This document shows positions 1-7,213 of a stretch of 32,000 nucleotides of DNA, in pieces. Origin of the DNA: Candidatus Saccharimonadota bacterium (GTDB taxonomy: Bacteria > Patescibacteriota > Saccharimonadia > Saccharimonadales > Saccharimonadaceae). Under the pieces are notes generated by a model. That model saw nothing but the letters and a program-made list of their open reading frames with translations, made no database searches and was not told the DNA's origin. Numbering within the stretch: the first letter of the stretch is position 1; each line of letters starts with the position of its first letter. Where the stretch lies: assembly GCA_000503915.1 (NCBI GenBank), contig CP006915.1:450001-482000 (forward strand), in the 5' to 3' direction. The translations under genes and the position numbers were made by a program.

Positions 1-334
1 ATATGAGATTGACGGCCTAGTATTGGTAACTACCAACTACTAGTCAAGTCAATGCATAAAAAGGTACTCAAGGGCACAGAGCGGATGCCTTGACGTATAT
101 CACCGATGAAGGACGTGGAAGACTGCGATAAGTCTCGGGTAGCTGTCAACAAGCTTTGATCCGGGAATTTCCGAATGGGGAAACCTAGTGCGAGTTATGT
201 CGCATTGTCTGCTTCTGAATATATAGGAAGTATGAACGGGAACCAACTGAACTGAAACATCTTAGTAGGTTGAGGAAGAGAAAGTAAATAACGATACTCG
301 GAGTAGTGGCGAGCGAAACGGGTAGAGCCCAAAC

Positions 335-500
335 CTTACAAGTTTTTGTCTGTTCGCAGGCAATAACGGCTGATAGGCCAATGCTTATAAGGGGTTGTGA
401 TATTACATATGACCAAGTCAGAGAATTAAACCTCGGTTTAGGTATCTGATTTGCGAAGCCCGGCTATCACCGAGGCTATAAGGTAAAAAATCGGCGTGGT
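335..500 (+). other. 23S domain I expansion segment (about 140-150 nt extra relative to E. coli)
   Basis: The interval between gagcccaaacc and gagtagggcgggg is about 248 nt here versus about 105 nt in E. coli. It contains local helices, e.g. ccttacaag/cttataagg and cctcgg(431-436)/ccgagg(470-475). Confidence 0.6.
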
Positions 501-656
501 TAGCAGAATAACTTGAATGGTTAACCAAAGGACGTGAAAGTCGTGTATGTGAAAACGACGCTGACCTTATGTGTGTTTTATCGAGTAGGGCGGGGCACGA
601 GAAACCCTGTCTGAATCCGGCTGGACCACCAGCCAAGGCTAAATATGATATACGAT

Positions 657-697
<41 letters not shown>

Positions 698-1373
698 CCG
701 GGAGGGGAGTGAAATAGATCCTGAAACTCTGTGCCTACAAGGAGTCGGAGCAGATTTATTCTGTGACGGCGTGCTTTTTGTAGAACGATCCAGCGAGTTA
801 ATTTCTAGAGCAAGGTTAAGTCAAGTGACGGAGCCATAGTGAAAGCGAGCCTGAATAGGGCGAATTAGTTCTAGGGATTAGACCCGAAACCAGGTGACCT
901 AACCATGGGCAGGTTGAAGCGACAGTAACATGTCGTGAAGGACCGAACCAGTGTCGTGTAACAGGCTTGGATGACCTGTGGTTAGCGGTGAAATGCCATT
1001 CGAACTTGGAGATAGCTGGTTCTCCTCGAAATAGCTTTAGGGCTAGCGTCGCGTAGTAGCATACGGGGGTAGAGCTCTGTAAAGGACTGGGGGGAGCAAT
1101 CCTACCCACCCTTAACAAACTACGAATACCGTATGTGTAATCGCGGCAGTTAGAACGTCGGGGCTAAGCTCGGCGCTCGAAAGGGAAACAGCCCAGACCA
1201 TCGTCTAAGGTCCCTAAATTAACACTAAGTGGGAAACAAGGTGAGATTTCTTAAACAGCTAGGATGTTGGCTTAGAAGCAGCCATTCATTTAAAGAGTGC
1301 GTAACAGCTCACTAGTCAAGAGATCTTGCGTGGAAAATGTAACGGGGCTAAGTGTTATACCGAAGACATGGAT

Positions 1374-1502
1374 GCCACCAGTACAGTAAACATCTAACGT
1401 AGAAAAGCTACATTTTCTCCGCCACCCGGAAGGGCTGTCGGTCAAAATAGCTCCGCCAAGGCGGATAACCTACGATCATGAGGTGTTTAGTGTACTGGTG
1501 GC
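1374..1502 (+). other. 23S helix-45-region insertion (IVS-like extended hairpin, about 100 nt extra)
   Basis: E. coli has a hairpin of about 25 nt between CACCGAAGCTGCGG and GGGTAGGGGAGCGTTC; here there are 129 nt. The segment is closed by a perfect 12-bp stem, gccaccagtaca (1374-1385) / tgtactggtggc (1491-1502). Confidence 0.7.
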
Positions 1503-1993
1503 GTGGTAGAGGAGCGTTCCTATCTGCGGTGAAGCAGTTTTGGAAAGAATTGTGGAGCGTTAGGAAGTGAGAATGCTGGAATGAGTAACCACAAGAGGGG
1601 TGAGAATCCCCTCGGCCGTAAGAGCAAGGTTTCCTGAGCTATGGTAATCATCTCAGGGTTAGTCGGGCCTAAGCCGAGGCGCATAGCGTAGGCGATGGAC
1701 ATCAGGTTAATATTCCTGAACCGGCGTGTTTTGTACACTGTTCACGGCGAGATATTCGGAGCGGATTCATGGTTTATCCGTCCAACCTAGGGGGAACCCG
1801 ATGGGAGTGAAAGTTACCTTTTTAAGGTGACGATTCTGGAAAAGGCGCTGGCTAGAAAAGCAGGTGTACGCGTGGACACGTCGACCGTACCGCAAACCAA
1901 CACAGGTGCTCGAGTCGAGTAGACTCAGGCTTACGAGAGAACCTTCGCTAAGGAACTCGGCAATACAGCGACCGTAACTTCGGGATAAGGTCT

Positions 1994-2226
1994 GCCCCCA
2001 CTTCGGTGGATATGAGCCGCGTTCATAAACTCAGCGATTAGGTGGTTAGAAGAACGCATTTATCAGAGGTAAAAGCGCTGATAAATGTAGTGAGTACGCA
2101 TCGTTTCTGCGTAAAGTAGAATCGGTGTGATCAAATCCTTTTTAAAACCATAGAATTTTTCTGAGATAAGTAACATGAATAATGTTCTTTTGAACGCGAA
2201 CCGTTCACATCTAACGATGTGGGGGC
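1994..2226 (+). other. 23S domain IV (helix-63 region) insertion, about 170-180 nt extra, AT-rich and highly structured
   Basis: The interval between cttcgggataagg and ggaactgtttatcaaaaacacagg is about 250 nt versus about 68 nt in E. coli. It is bounded by gcccccac (1994-2001) / gtgggggc (2219-2226). Internal perfect stems include catttatcag (2057-2066) / ctgataaatg (2078-2087), plus tacgca/tgcgta, gaacg/cgttc and cacatc/gatgtg. Confidence 0.7.
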
Positions 2227-2967
2227 CGCAGCAAAAGAGCCCACGGAACTGTTTATCAAAAACACAGGTCTCTGCTAACACGAAAGTGGATGTATAGGGG
2301 CTGACTCCTGCCCAATGCTGGAAGGTTAAGGGGAGCGCTTCACGGTGCGAACTGAAGCCCTAGTCAATGGCGGCGGTAACTATAACCGTCCTAAGGTAGC
2401 GAAATTCCTTGTCAGGTAAGTTCTGACCCGCACGAATGGAGTAATCATGTGGGCACTGTCTCAGCGAAGGACTCGGTGAAAGTGCATTGGCGGTAAAGAT
2501 GCCGTCTGTCCGTACCAGGACGAGAAGACCCCATGGAGCTTTACTACAGTTTTACATTGATCCGGGTTTTGGCCCGTGTAGCATAGTTGGGAGACGTTGA
2601 AGCAGATACGCTAGTATTTGTGGAGTCGCCGGTGAAATACCAACCTTGCCAAGATCTTGATCTCACCCTGACCGTTATCCGGTTAGGGGACCGTGTATGA
2701 TGGGTAGTTTAACTGGGGCGGTTGCCTCCTAAAGAGTAGCGGAGGCGTTCAAAGGTTGGCTAGCTTCGGATGGAAATCGAAGTGATAGTGTATGCGCATA
2801 AGCCAGCTTGACTGTGAGGAGTACATTCCAAGCAGAGACGAAAGTCGGAGCAAGTGATCCGCTGTACGTACATTTGTACATGAATGTGGGATCGACAGCG
2901 CAAACGGATAAAAGTTACCCTGGGGATAACAGGCTTATAGCGCCCAATAGTTCACATAGACGGCGCT

Positions 2968-3002
<35 letters not shown>

Positions 3003-3016
3003 AGGGGGAGCACCTT

Positions 3017-3087
<71 letters not shown>

Positions 3088-3123
3088 TTATATCCGGTAT
3101 GGACGATAGGAAATTTGAGAGGA

Positions 3124-3156
<33 letters not shown>

Positions 3157-3564
3157 AACCTCTGGTGTATCGATTGTGGCCACCTGCTGCATTGTCGAGT
3201 AGCTAAGTTCGGACTAGATAAGTGCTGAAAGCATATTAAGCACGAAACTAACCTCAAGATTAGATTTCCCTATGAGGACACTGAAAGATTATCAGTTTGA
3301 TAGGTGCAAGGTGGAAGTGCAGTAATGCATGGAGCTGAAGCATACTAATAGTCCCATTGCCTTTTTATGTCCTTATCACCAGCGTTAATGCTTGCATTAA
3401 CAGAGGTGATGAGGTAGACTTGACTAGTAATTGGTGTTTATCACCACGTTAGTCTCTAAAAAAGAGATTTGTACATCACTAATCCGTGTCTACGAGTTCA
3501 CGGACATCGAAGTAAGGCTTTTCCCAGGTTGCCCAGCGCGGAACCTCCGAGGAGCAAGCCTTAC

Positions 3565-3673
3565 TTCGGTGCCCATGGCGACGAGGAAACACCTGTTCTC
3601 ATCCCGAACACAGCAGTTAAGCTCGTCAGCGGCGATTATACTGCCACAAGTGGGAAACTAGCACGGTGCCGAA
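3565..3673 (+). rRNA. rrf: 5S ribosomal RNA (109 nt)
   Basis: Conserved cccgaacacagcagttaagc core. Helix I forms between 5' ttcggtgcc and 3' ggtgccgaa (9 bp including two G-U pairs). It lies about 195 nt after the 23S and is followed by a terminator. Confidence 0.9.
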
Positions 3674-3683
3674 TTATACAAAT

Positions 3684-3707
3684 GCCCCTCCGAATAGGAG
3701 GGGCTTT
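3684..3707 (+). terminator. Rho-independent terminator of the rRNA operon
   Basis: gcccctcc (3684-3691), loop gaata, ggaggggc (3697-3704), then ttt. Confidence 0.8.
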
Positions 3708-3734
3708 GTCATAATTCGATTTCATACTAATTCC

Positions 3735-3873
3735 CACCTGTCAGCAGTATAAACCCGGCGGCAGAAGAGCCAACGAAGTGAGTAAAGAAAATTAGTTTAC
3801 TCATTTTCTTTCGAACGAGGCGACTCGCCATCCAGTCTTTAGGCTGGATGATTATACTGCCACAAGTGGGAAA
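3735..3873 (+). pseudogene. Decayed partial second 5S copy (fragments only)
   Basis: gattatactgccacaagtgggaaa (3850-3873) is identical to 5S positions 3634-3657 (24/24). Upstream, cacctgt+cagcagt (3735-3748) matches the 5S segments 3590-3596 and 3611-3617 in the same order, with the 14 nt between them missing. Confidence 0.45.
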
Positions 3874-3875
3874 GA

Positions 3876-3904
3876 TTGACAAAACATATTACTTATGCTA
3901 ATAT
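3876..3904 (+). promoter_or_regulatory. Near-consensus sigma70-type promoter (P1)
   Basis: TTGACA (3876-3881), 17-nt spacer, TAATAT (3899-3904), with TGc immediately upstream of the -10. Confidence 0.75.
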
Positions 3905-3944
3905 TTAATCAGAGATTGATCAAAACAAAAAGGACACCACCACA

Positions 3945-4478
3945 ATGAGCGAAGCACTATCAACAGCAATAATGCAATCAGAAGCGGATTACGCTGAATC
4001 TGAAAAAGTAAGAAAAGAGCGTATTGGCAAGGATGCTGTTAGTGGCTTTGAGGAAGACCACAGCTATAAAACATCACTAGAAGACCGTGACTATCAGGAA
4101 ATTACGGTTGGTATGATTGACGAGAAGATGCTTGACCTTGAGGAAGCTGGGCTCGAAAGCTCTGCGAATACAAAAGCTTATAACGATTTGCGTGATATGA
4201 AAAACGTTATCACCGATTTATCATCGTCTGCGGATGTTGACGGCATGTATGGAGATGCTGTGAAGCGTGCCGAAAAATACAAGGCAGAGGGTGACACAGC
4301 ACGTGCCGCTGCGGCGCGAGGTGCTGCCGAGTTCTTCCTTCGTACAAGGAGTGAGGCGTCGAGTGTTGAGGGTACATCTGAAGACTATGACGAAAACCGC
4401 TTGGCAAATATCCAGCAAGCTGTAAAAGACCATAATGATCGAAGAAGTCGGAATTTAGAGCGTCGTCGAGCACTGTAG
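3945..4478 (+). CDS. Hypothetical highly charged, acidic protein (177 aa)
   Basis: ORF preceded by P1 and an aaaaggaca SD-like sequence. The protein is rich in E/D/K/R/A/S and has no Cys or Trp. No family recognised. Confidence 0.7.
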   Translation: MSEALSTAIMQSEADYAESEKVRKERIGKDAVSGFEEDHSYKTSLEDRDYQEITVGMIDEKMLDLEEAGLESSANTKAYNDLRDMKNVITDLSSSADVDGMYGDAVKRAEKYKAEGDTARAAAARGAAEFFLRTRSEASSVEGTSEDYDENRLANIQQAVKDHNDRRSRNLERRRAL

Positions 4479-4497
4479 GGCAACAAGAGATAACACA

Positions 4498-4779
4498 ATG
4501 AGTGAACAAGATTCCCGCAAAAATCCCGAGACCTCAACAGCCATAGTGATTGGTTCCCCGAAGAGGGTAGCCGCAGATACCCTGGCCAGAGAAATGGCCG
4601 GCAAAATTGTTCTAGATATGGTCGGCACTGAGGGGATGAGTAAAGATAAGCTTAACATGGCTTATCGTACGGAATATGCATTGAGGAGAAACGAACTGGA
4701 GCATATAGCCGGCCACGAAGAACCATACGCAGAAAAGCAAATACAGTCAGGTGAGATAAACCACCAGGAACCTGATTAA
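4498..4779 (+). CDS. Hypothetical small charged protein (93 aa)
   Basis: ORF starting 19 nt after the previous stop, same strand. It starts MSE.. like its neighbours and is followed by the repeat-borne terminator. No family recognised. Confidence 0.55.
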   Translation: MSEQDSRKNPETSTAIVIGSPKRVAADTLAREMAGKIVLDMVGTEGMSKDKLNMAYRTEYALRRNELEHIAGHEEPYAEKQIQSGEINHQEPD

Positions 4780-4845
4780 ACTACCTACTCAGAAATAAAT
4801 GTGCTGCCAGAACGAGCCAAGCCTCCGCTTATACTAAAATAAAAG

Positions 4846-4909
4846 AACGACCCATCTCGCAGATCGGGTCGTTTTGATTTGTTCGAAACTAATTTGGTTT
4901 CAAACAGGT
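4846..4909 (+). repeat. 64-bp direct repeat, copy 1 (terminator hairpin plus second imperfect hairpin)
   Basis: aacgacccatctcgcagatcgggtcgttttgatttgttcgaaactaatttggtttcaaacaggt is identical to 5335-5398. It contains the stem cgacccatct/agat(c)gggtcg followed by tttt, then gttcgaaac..gtttcaaac (8 of 9 positions pair). Confidence 0.9.
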
Positions 4910-4927
4910 CTCACAAGTGGTTACCTA

Positions 4928-4956
4928 TTGACAAATCATACCTCTTATGCTAAAAT
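4928..4956 (+). promoter_or_regulatory. Near-consensus sigma70-type promoter (P2), paralogous to P1
   Basis: TTGACA (4928-4933), 17-nt spacer, TAAAAT (4951-4956). The spacer matches P1 at 13/17 positions, and the shared upstream cacaagtgg and downstream caaaaaggacac..acaATGAGCGAAG are also present. Confidence 0.75.
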
Positions 4957-4997
4957 GTTCTCATAATCCAATAAAAACAAAAAAGGACACATTAACA

Positions 4998-5315
4998 ATG
5001 AGCGAAGAACCCAAACCTACCACTGACCGACCTAGTAATGTTGAATCAGAGGTGCCTACACTAGGAACCTACGACGTTACCAGCCCAGAGGTAACACCCG
5101 AGCAGCACAAACGCAACCAGGAAATCCTTGCAGCGATTGAAAGAGGAGAGCGAAAATTCTCGCTCCCAGATGCTAGAACAATGGAGGCTCAGGATGTGTT
5201 CCACGAAGAATCTAAGCGAGCCGAAGGGATGGCTCACAGCGGATCTCGACAAACAGGCATGCAGTATGATGGGTTTGTTGATGTTGATGCCTTTGGCCGC
5301 TCACAAGACAGGTAG
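4998..5315 (+). CDS. Hypothetical small acidic protein (105 aa)
   Basis: Same frame as track ORF 4947-5315, but ATG 4947 lies inside the promoter spacer and -10 region. ATG 4998 follows aaaaggacac, as in the 3945 gene. The gene is followed by repeat copy 2. Confidence 0.65.
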   Translation: MSEEPKPTTDRPSNVESEVPTLGTYDVTSPEVTPEQHKRNQEILAAIERGERKFSLPDARTMEAQDVFHEESKRAEGMAHSGSRQTGMQYDGFVDVDAFGRSQDR

Positions 5316-5334
5316 CTAGAATAAGTTAAAGAAA

Positions 5335-5398
5335 AACGACCCATCTCGCAGATCGGGTCGTTTTGATTTGTTCGAAACTAATTTGGTTTCAAACAGGT
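5335..5398 (+). repeat. 64-bp direct repeat, copy 2 (terminator)
   Basis: Identical to 4846-4909 (64/64 by manual comparison). Confidence 0.9.
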
Positions 5399-5508
5399 GC
5401 CGATTCGAAGGGGTAGTTTTTACGTGCCCATACGAACTGTATCTATAATATAGCATAGGCGGCATAACTGCAATACTTTTTAAACCATAAGAATGTCTAT
5501 GGTAAACG

Positions 5509-5537
5509 TTGACAAAAAGCATAAGCTATGATACTAT
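5509..5537 (+). promoter_or_regulatory. Sigma70-type promoter of the KGG gene
   Basis: TTGACA (5509-5514), 17-nt spacer, TACTAT (5532-5537). Confidence 0.7.
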
Positions 5538-5626
5538 ACATAACGTACACATAGCATATGTGAGGTAAACGGAGGGGCTACCACTGTAAAGTGAAGCCTC
5601 TTTTAAGTAGAAAAGGAGTCATTATT

Positions 5627-5830
5627 ATGGCAGGTACAAAAGCAGGCGGCATGAAAGCTGCTCAGAAAAACTTAGCAAAAGACCCAAACTTTTACGCCAA
5701 AATTGGCCGTAAAGGTGGCCAAAACGGCCGTACTGGTGGCTTTGCTGCCAACCCAGAGCTTGCTCGCATCGCGGGCGCTAAAGGTGGCCGCATCTCTCGC
5801 CGCCGTAAAGCAACTGCTAAAGCTGCTTAA
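5627..5830 (+). CDS. KGG-repeat general stress protein (YciG/GsiB-like), 67 aa
   Basis: GRKGGQNG and GAKGGRIS repeats in a small basic Gly/Ala/Lys-rich protein. ATG 5627 follows aaaaggag with good spacing, whereas the track ORF starts at a GTG at 5591. Confidence 0.75.
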   Translation: MAGTKAGGMKAAQKNLAKDPNFYAKIGRKGGQNGRTGGFAANPELARIAGAKGGRISRRRKATAKAA

Positions 5831-5850
5831 TAGGCTGTACGCCTAAGAAG

Positions 5851-5874
5851 AACCCGCTTTTAAGCGGGTTTTTC
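5851..5874. terminator. Bidirectional terminator between convergent genes
   Basis: aacccgctt / aagcgggtt inverted repeat (5851-5870) followed by tttc. On the other strand it directly abuts the stop codon of the minus-strand gene (5874). Confidence 0.75.
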
Positions 5875-6350
5875 TATGTGATTTTATAGCGGCGCAGTGC
5901 ACAGATGCGCGCGTCGTTGACGCGCCAAGTCTGTCGGCAGGAGATGCACTGGTAGAGCTTCTTCTGTATCTGGAGACCGGTGGCTTTACAGGTGGGACAG
6001 GTGCTGCGCTCATGGAGCCAATCACGGTAGGTATCCATATCGTTATGAATGATTGCAGCGGGGATGATGACGTCAAACTGTGGTCCTAGGGTAACTTTGG
6101 CGTATTCCCAGGCGTCTCGCTCCATTTTTATGAGGTCGATATCACGCTGATAGGAAGTGTGCTTTAATACCGCGTGGCTTGCTTCATGAAGAAGGTGGGC
6201 GTCAAATGAAGTGTCTGAAAGGTCGTATTGAATGGTCTTTTTAGTAGGTTGCCAATGAAAACGGTTTCCTTCGACAAAGTGAAGCTCGGGAAACTGGCTG
6301 GAGAGCTTATCGAGTAGAGAGTTGGTCGACGGCATAGTAATAACATCCAT
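5874..6350 (-). CDS. HExxH metallopeptidase-like protein with C-terminal Cys4 zinc ribbon (ImmA/IrrE-like motif)
   Basis: LLHEASHAVLKH (HExxH..H) followed by CPTC..(15 residues)..CISC. The 5' end overlaps the ROK gene's 3' end by 29-44 nt, depending on whether M1 or M6 is the start. Confidence 0.55.
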   Translation of the reverse strand: MDVITMPSTNSLLDKLSSQFPELHFVEGNRFHWQPTKKTIQYDLSDTSFDAHLLHEASHAVLKHTSYQRDIDLIKMERDAWEYAKVTLGPQFDVIIPAAIIHNDMDTYRDWLHERSTCPTCKATGLQIQKKLYQCISCRQTWRVNDARICALRRYKIT

Positions 6351-7122
6351 AAATAACAGCGTGTTCGGGGTGGCGAGCCTGGATCAGTCTTGGGCAGGGG
6401 ATATAGTCGGGTAGGCGCTCTCTCAGAAGTTTTTCCAGCTGCTCGTGGTATTGGTCAAAATACGTCCCCATACTGCCACCAAAAATGATGACCGACGGCT
6501 GCAACAAAGGGATAATCGTCAGGAAGCCGCGACTAATCCGATCGGCAATCTGCTTCCAGGCTCTTTTTGAGGTGATGTCGCGAGCGTATTTGCCGTACGC
6601 CTTGTAAATAGCCGCTCCCGAGGCAAATGACTCCCAGGTACGCACTACGCCATCATATTCGGTCAAGATATGACCGCCCTCACTGTCACGGGTGCCAGAG
6701 TTGATCTTGCCGTCTTCGATAATACCGGTACCGATGCCGGTGCTGATCGTGACGTAGAGTGATGACGTCGGAATAGTGCGCAGGCTGCGCGTTTCAGCCA
6801 GGCCGGCTAGATTGGCATCATTTTCGAGATAAACACGGGTACCCGGATAGTACTCCTCGAGCCTCTTTTGAAGTGTAAAATCACGCCATGGTAGGTTGCC
6901 GCACCACTTGATGACACCGCTTTTTATAACACCGGGTGCGCCGACGACGAGAATAGTCGGCTTTTTACCCTTCGTGATGGTCGTGATAGCATCAAATAAC
7001 TCGTCGAGATATTGCTTGGTGGCAGTAGGGGTCGGAAAACGGATGGAGTCATGAATAGCCCCTCGTTGGTCGAAAATTGCGACCAGTGTCTTGGTTGCGC
7101 CAGTATCTACCGCTACGAGCAT
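6307..7122 (-). CDS. ROK-family sugar kinase (glucokinase-like)
   Basis: N-terminal AVDTGATKT phosphate-1 motif, ENDANLAGLAE ROK signature and GIGTGII. Length 271 aa. Confidence 0.8.
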   Translation of the reverse strand: MLVAVDTGATKTLVAIFDQRGAIHDSIRFPTPTATKQYLDELFDAITTITKGKKPTILVVGAPGVIKSGVIKWCGNLPWRDFTLQKRLEEYYPGTRVYLENDANLAGLAETRSLRTIPTSSLYVTISTGIGTGIIEDGKINSGTRDSEGGHILTEYDGVVRTWESFASGAAIYKAYGKYARDITSKRAWKQIADRISRGFLTIIPLLQPSVIIFGGSMGTYFDQYHEQLEKLLRERLPDYIPCPRLIQARHPEHAVIYGCYYYAVDQLSTR

Positions 7123-7213
7123 AGTACTTTTAGTCTAGCATACTCAAAGAGGAGGGTTGTAATTTATCTCTTACGGGGGTACAGTACTAGGTAAGAAACG
7201 TGGAGTTTTATAT

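Noticed and set aside
461-471. 11-mer cggctatcacc shared between the 23S domain I insertion (461-471) and the T-box specifier region (27243-27253)
   Set aside because: By a rough estimate, on the order of a hundred identical 11-mer pairs are expected by chance in 32 kb. The flanks do not align.
2063-2281. 72-aa minus-strand ORF within the domain IV 23S insertion, considered as a homing endonuclease remnant
   Set aside because: It is too short and has no LAGLIDADG, GIY-YIG or HNH-like motif. It runs out of the insertion into conserved rRNA. The insertion is better explained by stacked RNA hairpins.
3431-3714. ORFs 3431-3661 and 3469-3714
   Set aside because: They overlap the 23S-5S spacer, the 5S rRNA gene and its terminator.
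4872-4900. GTTCGAA-containing hairpin in the 64-bp repeat, considered as a tRNA T-arm or tRNA fragment
   Set aside because: No flanking acceptor, D or anticodon arms can be drawn, and the stem around TTCGAAA does not pair in tRNA fashion.
4947-4997. Upstream start (ATG 4947) for the 4998-5315 gene
   Set aside because: This ATG is part of the cttATGctaaaat promoter spacer and -10 region, so it would not be transcribed from P2. ATG 4998 has the same aaaaggacac..ATGAGCGAAG context as the 3945 gene.
5548-5562. cacatagcatatgtg palindrome considered as an NrdR box
   Set aside because: It has an odd-length spacer and its half-sites do not match the acaCwAtATaTwGtgt consensus. It is a single copy rather than the usual tandem pair, and it is not upstream of an nrd gene.
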